This document shows positions 9,641 to 18,637 of a stretch of DNA of 64,000 nucleotides, in pieces; position 1 is the stretch's first letter, and the number at the start of each line of letters is the position of its first letter. Both the position numbers and the translations under genes were made by a program. The DNA lies in the NCBI GenBank assembly GCA_038227875.1, contig JBBRPR010000012.1, positions 96,001 to 160,000 on the forward strand, written 5' to 3'. The DNA comes from Planctomycetota bacterium (lineage in GTDB: Bacteria; Planctomycetota; SZUA-567; H5-PLA8). The notes below the pieces were generated by a model. The model worked only from the letters and a program-made list of their open reading frames with translations. It made no database searches and was not told where the DNA came from.

Positions 9641-9679
9641 GGTTTTTAGTATAGGTGCGATGGGGAGGCGGTGACACTT

Positions 9680-11056
9680 CTAAAAAAGGGGCTTTGGAGC
9701 GCCGCTCCGTTTGAACCGCGACAGCCGTTCGCGAAGCTCCGCGGGCAATGCCAGCTCCGGCAGCGCGTCGAGTGCGCCGTTGAGCTCTTGAACCCGCGCA
9801 TTTAACACGGGCCCGGCGGCGAACTCGTCGAGCTTCCGCCGCAGGGATTCGACGCCAGCGTCAAACGGCTCGCAGGCGCGTTGCAGTTTTCGCGTGAATT
9901 CCGACGCGGGCCGGCCTTCGGTCTGAAAGCGGAGGCGCTCGAGCGTCTTCTTCAATTTTACGATGCGTTCGGGAATCGCCGGATCGGTCTGGACGGTCGC
10001 GGCGTGCTGGAGGAATGGCAGCCGGGCGCAACTCAAGAAAATGTTGGCCGGATCGATGCCGAGTTTGGTCAGGTTGTCGACGTTTTGCTGAAAGACTGTC
10101 GCGAAGCCGTCGCGGCTGAAGAGCGCGGCGGCGTCGATGGTGTCGGCTTGATTGAAGAGGACGATCGTGCGCTTCACGAGTTCCGGGCGCTGGCGGAAGG
10201 CTTTGAGCACCCAATCTTCAAACGTGAAGGGCAGGGGGAGCGAGATGGCGATGAGCACGTCGGCAGTGCGCGATTGTTCGAGAATCAGTTCCGTGCGCCG
10301 CGCTTCGTGGTAGGCGGGGATCCAAGGTGTGTCGAGCAGTTCGAGCGGACTGCCGGAACCCGTGTACGCGCGGATGATCTCGACGTATTCGAGCGACAGG
10401 AGGCGGCCGGTTTCCAGCGTGCGGCCGTCTGGGCGACGGATGCCCATCAGGTGCGCGCGCCGGTCTTCCCATTTGGCGTCGGACTTTTCTCCGGCGCGAT
10501 AATCCGGCGACTGGATGAAGGCGAGGAACTGTTCGAGTTCCTCCAGCGCATCAGTGAGTTGCTCATGCAGGATATAGAGCTTCGGATGTTCCTGAAACAA
10601 GCGCCGCGTGATGGCCACGGCTTCCTGCAATCGCTGCTCCGGAAGCAGATCGTCGAAACGCGGTGCGGCGGGGCCGAGCGTTTCGTCGATCAGGCTGGCC
10701 AGTCGATAAAACGCTGGCCCGCGCGTGGCGAAGTGGAGCGCCTTCTCGCGCGGCAGAAATGCCAGGCGAATGCTGCGATCGGTTTCGCCGGGGTCAGGTC
10801 GGCGGATGAGAGTATTGGTCTGCGTGCAATCGCGGACGGCGGTGGGCAGGACGTCGGAGTCGCCCCACAGTGCGCTGACGAAACTGCTTTTCCCCACGCT
10901 GCACAGTCCTGAGACCAGGACGCGCGGATGGTAGTGGAGCAGCCTCTGCACGGCGGCGCGAGCCGGTGCGGCATCGTTTTCCGGCGGAAGCAACGGCAGC
11001 AGTTCAGTGGCCGCTGCTTGAGCTTCGGCGAGCGAGAGTGGTACGCGGACGTCCAT
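9680..11056 (-). CDS. Dynamin-family (Dynamin_N-like) P-loop protein with degenerate G motifs
   Basis: VLVSGLCSVGKSSFVSALWG (G1), LPTAVRDCT (G2), LLDTPW (G3-like), LFNQAD (G4-like). Confidence 0.7.
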   Translation of the reverse strand: MDVRVPLSLAEAQAAATELLPLLPPENDAAPARAAVQRLLHYHPRVLVSGLCSVGKSSFVSALWGDSDVLPTAVRDCTQTNTLIRRPDPGETDRSIRLAFLPREKALHFATRGPAFYRLASLIDETLGPAAPRFDDLLPEQRLQEAVAITRRLFQEHPKLYILHEQLTDALEELEQFLAFIQSPDYRAGEKSDAKWEDRRAHLMGIRRPDGRTLETGRLLSLEYVEIIRAYTGSGSPLELLDTPWIPAYHEARRTELILEQSRTADVLIAISLPLPFTFEDWVLKAFRQRPELVKRTIVLFNQADTIDAAALFSRDGFATVFQQNVDNLTKLGIDPANIFLSCARLPFLQHAATVQTDPAIPERIVKLKKTLERLRFQTEGRPASEFTRKLQRACEPFDAGVESLRRKLDEFAAGPVLNARVQELNGALDALPELALPAELRERLSRFKRSGAPKPLF

Positions 11057-11096
11057 GAATGGAAGTCTACTCGAAGAAAATGCGCGCAGAAAGCCA

Positions 11097-11123
11097 ATGA
11101 GCGCGCTGGCTAGGCGCGCTCAT
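11097..11123. terminator. GC-rich hairpin, possible terminator or processing stem
   Basis: ATGAGCGCGC-tggctag-GCGCGCTCAT, perfect 10-bp stem downstream of the lipoprotein gene; no strong U tract. Confidence 0.35.
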
Positions 11124-11153
11124 GGGATGAGAAGGTTTTAGTGAGTCGATTTG

Positions 11154-11179
11154 ACCTCCGGAGCAATTGCACCGGCGGT
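11154..11179. repeat. Solo 26-bp ACC...AATT...GGT palindrome related to the 508-805 element
   Basis: ACCTCCGGAGCAATTGCACCGGCGGT followed by CCAAATGACC; compare ACCCTCCGGCAAATTTGCCTGAGGGT-CAAAATGACC at 563-598. Confidence 0.7.
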
Positions 11180-11194
11180 CCAAATGACCGGTGA

Positions 11195-12229
11195 TCAGGG
11201 TCCAGTTTCGACGAGGGCCTTGTAGTTGTCGAAGTTCACGCGGACGGCGACCTTCTTGATGTCCTTCACGCGCGACGGATGTTCACCGATCACGACGTAG
11301 CGGCGGGCCTTCGAGCCCTGGACGATGTCTGAGCCGAGCGTGATCGCGTCGATGACCTGCTCGGCGATCATGTCCTTGTGCGTGTCGGTCTTGAAACCAT
11401 CGAACGGAAACGCCGTGCAGTGATCGATGACGGTCTGGTTGTCCTTGTCTTTGAAGTAGGCATCGATGGTGTTCACACGATGGTCGTCTTCGGTGGTGTT
11501 GTTGACCTGAAAGTAAGCGTAGACGAAGGTGCCCTTGGTCGCGATCTTGACGATCATAATTTCAGGCGTCTTGGCGGTGACCGCGGCGAACGGCGCGCGA
11601 GCCGGCAGGATGGCGGCTTCTTCGGCCTTGGGTGGTTCGTCCGGGTTGGCAGCGTCGCCACCGGCCACCTTGCCGCCGCCCTTATCGGCATCGCCCGGTT
11701 TCTTGGCCGCAGCCGGCGCACCCGCGTCTTCATCCTTTTTCGAGCCGGTGCTGTCTTTCTTGGCCATCACCTTTTCAAGATCGGCCTGGGCCTGCGCGTT
11801 CTTCTTCGCTTCGGCATCGGCCTTGGCCTTGTCGTCGAGCTTCTGCTTGGCTTCCGCGTCTTCCAGCTTCTTCACTTCGTTGACGACGGGTTTGACGTCG
11901 ACCTTGTTGTCAGTGATCTCTTTCAATTCCGTATCATCGATCTTCTGCGTGACTTCATCGGCCAGCGACTTGACCTTGGATCGCTCCGATTCGCGCGCGA
12001 GAGAGCGAGCGTCGGCGAGGACTTCCTTGGCGGACTTGTAGTTGGACTTCGCCGCCGGGTAGTTGCGCTTTTGGTAAGCCATGTCGCCGGAATTGATCAG
12101 ACCTTGTGCTTCAGAAATTTTGTCGCCCGCGCCCTTAGGTGGGGGCGCCGAATCGCCACAGCCAACAGCGGCGAAAAGTAGAGCGCCCGTCAAGGTTGCT
12201 CCGGAGAGCAAGCGTGCTGCATTAAACAT
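11195..12229 (-). CDS. Hypothetical lipoprotein
   Basis: Likely start MFNAARLL at 12229; lipobox AVGC; helical Lys/Ala-rich linker and C-terminal globular domain. Confidence 0.75.
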   Translation of the reverse strand: MFNAARLLSGATLTGALLFAAVGCGDSAPPPKGAGDKISEAQGLINSGDMAYQKRNYPAAKSNYKSAKEVLADARSLARESERSKVKSLADEVTQKIDDTELKEITDNKVDVKPVVNEVKKLEDAEAKQKLDDKAKADAEAKKNAQAQADLEKVMAKKDSTGSKKDEDAGAPAAAKKPGDADKGGGKVAGGDAANPDEPPKAEEAAILPARAPFAAVTAKTPEIMIVKIATKGTFVYAYFQVNNTTEDDHRVNTIDAYFKDKDNQTVIDHCTAFPFDGFKTDTHKDMIAEQVIDAITLGSDIVQGSKARRYVVIGEHPSRVKDIKKVAVRVNFDNYKALVETGP

Positions 12230-12361
12230 TCGTAAGTTCTCCCTGTTGCTGCATTTACGACGACGCGACCACCCGCACCACACCGCTACGTACTAATATA
12301 ACGCAGGTGCGGTCATTTTCTTGCCTACAATTTAGACCTCTCTTCAGAGATCTGGTTGCGG

Positions 12362-14266
12362 CTATTCGTAAATGGTGTTGAACGACACGCCGATACCCCG
12401 GCATTTGGGACACCGCACAGTGATCGGTTTTCCGCCTGGACCCGGAAAAGTGATGGTGCCGTGGCCCGCGCAGTCGGTGCAACGCTCGTTCATGACGTCC
12501 TTGGCTTTAAACAATTTCTCCGACGCCATTGCACGCAGGATGCTCATCTGCGTTTCCGGCGTCTGATTCATCCACCAGACGTTCGGATCGTCGCTGATTT
12601 CCGGATCTTCCTGCGGCTGCTGTTGCTGCACGCCGCCCTGCTGTCCGTTTTGTCCGTTCTGGCCGTTGCGCCCGCCATTATTCTGCTTGGGTTGCTGCGG
12701 GCCGTCGCCGTTCGGATAGAGCGGCAGCGGCTTGGAACCATCGCGCAGCCAGCTGCCCTTGCCCCACTTGGCATCGTGGATCGTGACGTAACGATCGTCG
12801 CGCTTGAGCTGCCCATCTTCATAGGTGGCTTTGCGAGAGAGTCGGCCGTCGAAAATTTCGCGCACTTCCTTCTCGGTCACGCCTGAACTCTTCAGCGCTT
12901 TGGCGATCTTGGTGATCATCTGCGCCTTCAATCCGTCGGGCCGGCGCGTGTCGCAGACGTAGTCCTTCATGTCGTCGTACGTGGGCCGCACTTCCGCTGC
13001 GCCTTCGCTCAGGTCGACATCAGTGATGGCCATGACGTCTTTTTGCGCAATGGTCAGGTCCATATCGCCGACCTTCATCGCCAGGGCTCCGCTGGGATCG
13101 GGCGCCGAGAGCGTGCCACGGAAGATGTCGCCGTTCTTGGTCGTGACCTGTTTGCCGGGAATCGACGGGACCACGTTGCCCTTCTTGTCGATCTTGATCT
13201 TTTTGTAAACTTCATTCTGAATCAGATCCATCGCGACCTGATATGCGCGGAAGATGACCTGTTTCTTCAATTCGGTCTTGGTGCCCTGCTCGATCTCCGC
13301 CCGCTTGGCGTCCCAGCGGCTTTTGAATTCCGAATTCGGGAAATTGCGGTCGAGCTTGTCGAGGTACTCTGCGGCGGCGAAGTAATCGCGCGCCAGGCAG
13401 CGCTGGAGCATCTTGTTGTAGAGGTCCTGTGTCTGCTTATCGGCGTCCTGCTTGATGATCTGCTGGCGCATGTCCTTGTTGCGTTCTTCGGTGCGCGGAT
13501 CGATGATCTCGGCCATCTTCAGCTGGTCGAGCGCCTCGCGGTAGAGCTCCATGTTGGCGCACTTCTTGGCCAGCTCGAGGTGGGCGCCGGCATCATTCTG
13601 GCTCGGCGGCTTTTCCAGCAGCCAGCGGTCGTAGATTTCGCGGCCGGTGAAGAAATCGCTTTCGAAGCATTCGATCGCTTCCTTGCTCTTCACTTCGTAT
13701 TCGTGGATCAGCATCAGCGGACAGCCGGCGGTTTTGAACGCCAACAGTCCCTGGATCGGCAGATCGCGGTCGGGCATCGCCATCGCATCGAGCGTCTTGC
13801 CGCTGGCCAGATGCAGGCGTACGCCGGCCAGTTTCTCTTCGCCGACCCAGCCCTTGTGGCCGTTATGCATTTCCAGGCCGTAGAGTTTCTGGACGCGGCG
13901 CTTTTCCGCATCGTCGCCACGGCTGACCAGATCGTCCCAGTGCAGTGTCACAATTTGGCCGGTGTCAGTAAGCTTGAGTTTGAAATCCTTATCGTCGGCA
14001 GGCAGCACGGGACGCCCGGCGATCGGAACACCGCTGACGATGACCGTGATTTCGTCGTCGCTGACCGTGTCTGCTTTTGGCGCGTCGCCTTCTGCTTTCG
14101 GAGCTGGAGTCTCACCACCTGTCGCCGGCGCTGGAGCAGGAACCGCGGGACTGGTCGGCGGTGTGACATCGGCCGCGCGCGTATTAAAGGTGGAAAGCAC
14201 GAGAACGCAAGTGGCCAGGAGCATCGACAGTGCGCCGCAGCGGGTTGTCGACTTCACATTCATCAT
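12362..14266 (-). CDS. Secreted hypothetical protein with TPR-like helices and C-terminal CxxCxGxG zinc-finger pair
   Basis: Start MMNVKS at 14266 after an AAGGA RBS; signal peptide; CTDCAGHG and CPKCRGIG at the C-terminus; Q/N/G-rich tract. Confidence 0.75.
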   Translation of the reverse strand: MMNVKSTTRCGALSMLLATCVLVLSTFNTRAADVTPPTSPAVPAPAPATGGETPAPKAEGDAPKADTVSDDEITVIVSGVPIAGRPVLPADDKDFKLKLTDTGQIVTLHWDDLVSRGDDAEKRRVQKLYGLEMHNGHKGWVGEEKLAGVRLHLASGKTLDAMAMPDRDLPIQGLLAFKTAGCPLMLIHEYEVKSKEAIECFESDFFTGREIYDRWLLEKPPSQNDAGAHLELAKKCANMELYREALDQLKMAEIIDPRTEERNKDMRQQIIKQDADKQTQDLYNKMLQRCLARDYFAAAEYLDKLDRNFPNSEFKSRWDAKRAEIEQGTKTELKKQVIFRAYQVAMDLIQNEVYKKIKIDKKGNVVPSIPGKQVTTKNGDIFRGTLSAPDPSGALAMKVGDMDLTIAQKDVMAITDVDLSEGAAEVRPTYDDMKDYVCDTRRPDGLKAQMITKIAKALKSSGVTEKEVREIFDGRLSRKATYEDGQLKRDDRYVTIHDAKWGKGSWLRDGSKPLPLYPNGDGPQQPKQNNGGRNGQNGQNGQQGGVQQQQPQEDPEISDDPNVWWMNQTPETQMSILRAMASEKLFKAKDVMNERCTDCAGHGTITFPGPGGKPITVRCPKCRGIGVSFNTIYE

Positions 14267-14434
14267 AGCGTGTTCCTTATCGTGCCGACGTGGTCCAACA
14301 CAATCTCTGCCCATGATACAACAAAGCCTAGCAAGAATGACGGGAATTCAGTACACAATACTGCACTTAAGTCTCACCGGCGACTGCGCCTGTGCTCTTC
14401 CCATCCGCTTGAGTCTCCCTTTTTTAGGACGTTC

Positions 14435-15418
14435 TCAAGACTGGGCCGTTTCGAACAATGCCGCGCTGTTCTTGCACCAGACCGCCAGCTCCTTTAAATG
14501 GGCGATCAGATCCTCTCGGGCATCGTGGGACATGTAGTCGCGGTAGCGGCCCAGCATTTCGACTTTGCGTTTAAACTCTTTGGCAGAAACGGTTTTCGCT
14601 GCGGCGTCGATGGTGCTCAAGACCCGTTCATCGGGCTTGCCTGATTCGGGAAGCATCTCGACTTGAGCGTCCAGCGAGCGTTCTTTAACCTCGTCCAAGC
14701 CGCCGCCATCGCGCACATGTTCGCTAAGCACCTGTGCAACATGATTGGCTACCTTCTGGACTTGAGCGCGAACACGCTTCACTTCCTGATTGGTCGGGCC
14801 TTCGTCTTCGGTCGTCACCTGCTGCATTTTATCTTTGGCGAAGGCTTTCTCGACTTTCGCCACTTCGCGCTGGATCGTGCGCGCCGCGGAGTGCGACATT
14901 CCTTTCAGCAGATCTCGCTCCAGCATGCCGCGGTCGAAGAGTCCCAATCGCTGCAGCGAAACGGCGACCTTGTCTTCGTTCCAACTGCCGCCGAGAAACT
15001 GGCTGATGTCCGACGCGGTCAGTTCGGTCATCGGCGTCTTGGTTTCTCGGCAGAGAAATTCGCGCGCGACGCGGATCGTTTCGTCGATGATGTCGGCCGT
15101 CACTTTGAATTCGTTGACGTTTTCGTTGGCCATGATCTGGATCATGGTCGCGTCGTCGAGATGGCGCACCGGGAGTTCGAAATGCATATCCGGTTCGATC
15201 ACCTTCTCAGCGACCAATTCCTTCAGCGCTTCGAGACGGTGATGGCCATAAGCGATTTCGTAGTGGTGGCCGTCTTCCGCTTTGCGCAGAAGGATGTTGT
15301 CCCAGAAGCCGGTGGAACGGATGCTGGCTTTGATGGCTTCGACTTTTTCGCGGTGGATGGGGTAGTGAGCGGTATCGCGAAACGGGTTCGGACGCAAGTC
15401 CTTGAGACTAATCTTCAT
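14435..15418 (-). CDS. ParB N-terminal (ParB/Srx) domain protein
   Basis: MKISLKDLRPNPFR, SIRSTG, YEIAYGHHRLEA (GxxR motif), MANEN, followed by an HTH-like segment (ASDISQFLG). Start re-assigned to 15418. Confidence 0.82.
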   Translation of the reverse strand: MKISLKDLRPNPFRDTAHYPIHREKVEAIKASIRSTGFWDNILLRKAEDGHHYEIAYGHHRLEALKELVAEKVIEPDMHFELPVRHLDDATMIQIMANENVNEFKVTADIIDETIRVAREFLCRETKTPMTELTASDISQFLGGSWNEDKVAVSLQRLGLFDRGMLERDLLKGMSHSAARTIQREVAKVEKAFAKDKMQQVTTEDEGPTNQEVKRVRAQVQKVANHVAQVLSEHVRDGGGLDEVKERSLDAQVEMLPESGKPDERVLSTIDAAAKTVSAKEFKRKVEMLGRYRDYMSHDAREDLIAHLKELAVWCKNSAALFETAQS

Positions 15419-15566
15419 GCGCGCAGATTCTCTCCGGGAAATCGAATTTTGATGGGACAAAGTTACGCGGGTCGGGAATGATTGCAAACGCAACGCGCAA
15501 AGCAATTGTGGTGCAGCCGTCCCGCCTGCAAACTACCTGTATTCCCGATATTGAGGAGGTCTGTCC

Positions 15567-15974
15567 ATGTCCGCTCCCGATCCCGTAGCCACCGAACTGT
15601 TGAAACTGACCCAACGCCTGCTCGAGAGCATCGTCAACAGCGACTGGGCGACGTACGAACAACTGTGCGACCCTTCGCTGACCGCGTTCGAGCCCGAAGC
15701 GTTGGGGCATCTGGTGGAAGGTCTCGCCTTCCATCGCTTCTATTTTGAATTGCCCGGCACGAAGGTGTTACGTCATCAAACCATGAGCGACCCCAAAGTG
15801 CGCGTGATCGGCGATGTCGGCATTGTGACATACGTTCGCCTGATCCAGCGCGCTGGAGCGGAGGGCCGCGGTCCCGTCACCGGCGGCTACGAAGAAACGC
15901 GTGTCTGGCATTGTCAGAACGGCATCTGGCGCCACGTCCACTTTCATCGTTCGCCAATTGGGCGGACGGAATGA
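15567..15974 (+). CDS. NTF2-like protein of the CaMKII association (hub)/DUF4440 type
   Basis: LTQRLLESI..DWATYEQLCDPSLTAFEPEALGHLVEGLAFHRFYF, YVRLIQ, EETRVW, WRHVHFHRS; GAGGAGG RBS. Confidence 0.85.
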   Translation: MSAPDPVATELLKLTQRLLESIVNSDWATYEQLCDPSLTAFEPEALGHLVEGLAFHRFYFELPGTKVLRHQTMSDPKVRVIGDVGIVTYVRLIQRAGAEGRGPVTGGYEETRVWHCQNGIWRHVHFHRSPIGRTE

Positions 15975-16252
15975 GGCGGGGTTAGCATACGATTTCTGGC
16001 AATTCATGTTGTTTTTGACACAATCAATGTCCTCAAAACCCAGTTCATTTCGCCTTCGAAATAGCAACTTCGTCCGCCCCCGCGTGGCCGCCACGATAGG
16101 ATGGAACATTTCCCTCTAAACCCAATTGCACCTGTGACTTGGAATCACTGGTGCAGCAGATTTATTTAAGTTGACTGTGGGTTTTCTGACGCTTTCTCGT
16201 AAGACTGTCGTATAGACATTAGGCACACATTCATCTGAGCGGGCGGGTAGTA

Positions 16253-18610
16253 ATGGCGGATCTGAAACGCGTTGGAAACTACGAAATCCTGGGCCGCATC
16301 GGTCGCGGCGGGATGGGTGCCGTTTTTCGGGCACGCCAGATCAACATGGACCGCGTCATTGCGCTCAAGATTTTACCGCCCAGTCTTGCCAAGCAACCGA
16401 CGTTCATCGACCGCTTCATGCGTGAAGCCCGCGCGTCGGCGAAGCTCAATCACCCCAACATTGTCAATGGCATCGATGTCGGCCAGCAGGGCGGTTTGTA
16501 CTATTTCGCCATGGAGTACATCGAAGGCTCCAGCCTCAAATCGGTGATCGACAAAGAAGAGCGCCTGCCCGAAGAGCGCGCGGTTGAAATCACCCGCGAG
16601 ATTGCGCTGGCGCTGGAGCATGCGCATACGCATGGCATTCTTCACCGTGACATCAAGCCCGACAATATTTTGATTGATAAGAACGGCACCGCGAAGCTTT
16701 GCGATCTGGGCCTGGCGCATCTGGCCACGGAATCGGAAGATGAGAAAAGCCTGACGCAGAGCGGGCGGGCGGTCGGCACGCCGCATTATATTTCTCCTGA
16801 ACAGGCGCGCGGCGCGGCCGATCTCGATGCGACGACAGATCTGTACTCGCTGGGCGCTACGCTTTATCACATGGTCACCGGCGTGACGGTCTTTCAGGGC
16901 GCCACGGCCGTGGTGATCATGACCAAGCACCTCTCGGAAAAGCCAGTTCATCCCGGCGATTTCGGAGCGGACTTGAGCGAGGGCGTGCTGAAGGTTCTGG
17001 CCAAGCTGCTCCAGAAAAATCGCACCGATCGCTACACGTCGGCCCGCAAGCTCGCCGACGATCTCGAACGGCTTTTGCAGCACAAGGAACCGAAGTTCGC
17101 CGAACTCTCCGCGGACAAGTGGCCGTTCAAGGGCAAACCGCAGCAGAAGGAATCCGGCCCGGCCGCCGCTTCGCGCAACGCCATCGTGCCCGGCTCCGCG
17201 CTGGAAAAAAGCTCGCACAATCTACGCGTACCCGGCCGCCGTCCCACGCGCATGGGCGTGTCCGAGGGGGGCGTGCCTGTCGCGGCTTTCATTGGTATGG
17301 GCGTGGTGCTAGCGGGAGTGCTGGTCTTCCTGCTGACGGCGTCGGACAGCGACCCCAAGGTGAAGTCGGCCGCGGGTTCGTCCAAAAATTCAACTGTTGC
17401 AGCCGCCGAAACTCACCGCGAAGGTGCAGCCGTGCCTGAGGCCTCACGCCCCATCGCGACACGCAAGAACACCAGTGACACGCCGGCCGCTCCGAAGTCC
17501 AGCGAATCCACGCTTCCGCAGCACGAGGAACTGGCGCCAAAATCCACGACCGCGACGATGGAAGCGCTCTCGAACATCCCCAAGAGCCGAGTGATGGGCG
17601 ATTCGTCCGTGGATGCGCCGCCGTCGATCGAAACGCCGGCGTTGTTGCATCCGTCGATTCAAAAATCGCTCAGCGACGCGCGGGTGCTGCTGAATAACAA
17701 GGAATTCAAAGCCACGCTGAAGAAGCTCGAACAGATCCGTGGCGATTTCGCTGGAAGCAGCGACCTGAGCGAACAGGCCGCGGAACTGGCTCGCATCGAG
17801 AAGTCCGCCAAAGATGGCGACGCAGGAATCCAGATCGCCGCCATCCCGCCGACTCAGGCCCCCGTTCCGCCGGTGGCGCCGCCTCCGGTCGACGTCAAGG
17901 TCGCCGACACCAAGCCCGCCAAGCCTGATGTGTTGAAGGCCGTGGAACCCCCGAAAGTGGTTGCGGTCGCGAAGCCAAAGACGATCAATCTGATGGATAG
18001 GGTTCAGCGCTCAGATAACGATGGCGGCAACAATTCAGGGGCGAATGCTTTCTCCGCCAAAAAGAATGATCTCTATTATGTGGGTGGCAGGAACGGCGCC
18101 GTCGACTTCCTTTACCAGCCGCCGGAAGAGTACGATTACAAGATCGTCTTCAAATTCGACCTTCAGTCCGCCGTTCAAAACGGCGGTGGAAGTGGCAAGA
18201 AAAGCAACGCACCGTACGGTTTTGCGATGATGTACGTTCCCGTCGGCGGGAAGTCGCTGGTCTGCTACCTGCCATTTGGCACCAGCGGCCAATACGCCTT
18301 CGACTACATCAACCGGGCACGGTACACAGAATCCAGCAATCCGACGCGCCGGGAATACGCGCGTATGAAGATCGATACGGAGTACACCGCCGTACTGCAG
18401 GTTCGCAAGGACCTGATCACCCTTACGCTGGATGGCGAGAAAGTGACGCTCTGCCGCCGTGACGGCACGAACCCCACCAGCGATGCGGAAGTGAAACTCG
18501 ACGATGCCAAGAACCTTGGCATCGGCGCCGTCAACCGTATCAATCTCCACGTGATGGAGGCCACCGTCACGGAACTCTCTGCACCACCAGAAGTCGCGAA
18601 CAAGAAGTAG
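16253..18610 (+). CDS. Hanks-type Ser/Thr protein kinase with TM segment and extracytoplasmic C-terminal domain
   Basis: IGRGGMG, ALK, HRDIKPDN, DLGLA, GTPHYISPEQ, DLYSLG; hydrophobic helix near aa 345-362. Confidence 0.95.
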   Translation: MADLKRVGNYEILGRIGRGGMGAVFRARQINMDRVIALKILPPSLAKQPTFIDRFMREARASAKLNHPNIVNGIDVGQQGGLYYFAMEYIEGSSLKSVIDKEERLPEERAVEITREIALALEHAHTHGILHRDIKPDNILIDKNGTAKLCDLGLAHLATESEDEKSLTQSGRAVGTPHYISPEQARGAADLDATTDLYSLGATLYHMVTGVTVFQGATAVVIMTKHLSEKPVHPGDFGADLSEGVLKVLAKLLQKNRTDRYTSARKLADDLERLLQHKEPKFAELSADKWPFKGKPQQKESGPAAASRNAIVPGSALEKSSHNLRVPGRRPTRMGVSEGGVPVAAFIGMGVVLAGVLVFLLTASDSDPKVKSAAGSSKNSTVAAAETHREGAAVPEASRPIATRKNTSDTPAAPKSSESTLPQHEELAPKSTTATMEALSNIPKSRVMGDSSVDAPPSIETPALLHPSIQKSLSDARVLLNNKEFKATLKKLEQIRGDFAGSSDLSEQAAELARIEKSAKDGDAGIQIAAIPPTQAPVPPVAPPPVDVKVADTKPAKPDVLKAVEPPKVVAVAKPKTINLMDRVQRSDNDGGNNSGANAFSAKKNDLYYVGGRNGAVDFLYQPPEEYDYKIVFKFDLQSAVQNGGGSGKKSNAPYGFAMMYVPVGGKSLVCYLPFGTSGQYAFDYINRARYTESSNPTRREYARMKIDTEYTAVLQVRKDLITLTLDGEKVTLCRRDGTNPTSDAEVKLDDAKNLGIGAVNRINLHVMEATVTELSAPPEVANKK

Positions 18611-18637
18611 CGCACCGCCTGGTCGATTATCGATCTT

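Noticed and set aside
15425..15445. Noc/parS-like half-site (CCGGGAAAT) upstream of the ParB-like gene
   Set aside because: Only one arm matches, and the sequence is explained by the GGAGA ribosome-binding site on the minus strand.
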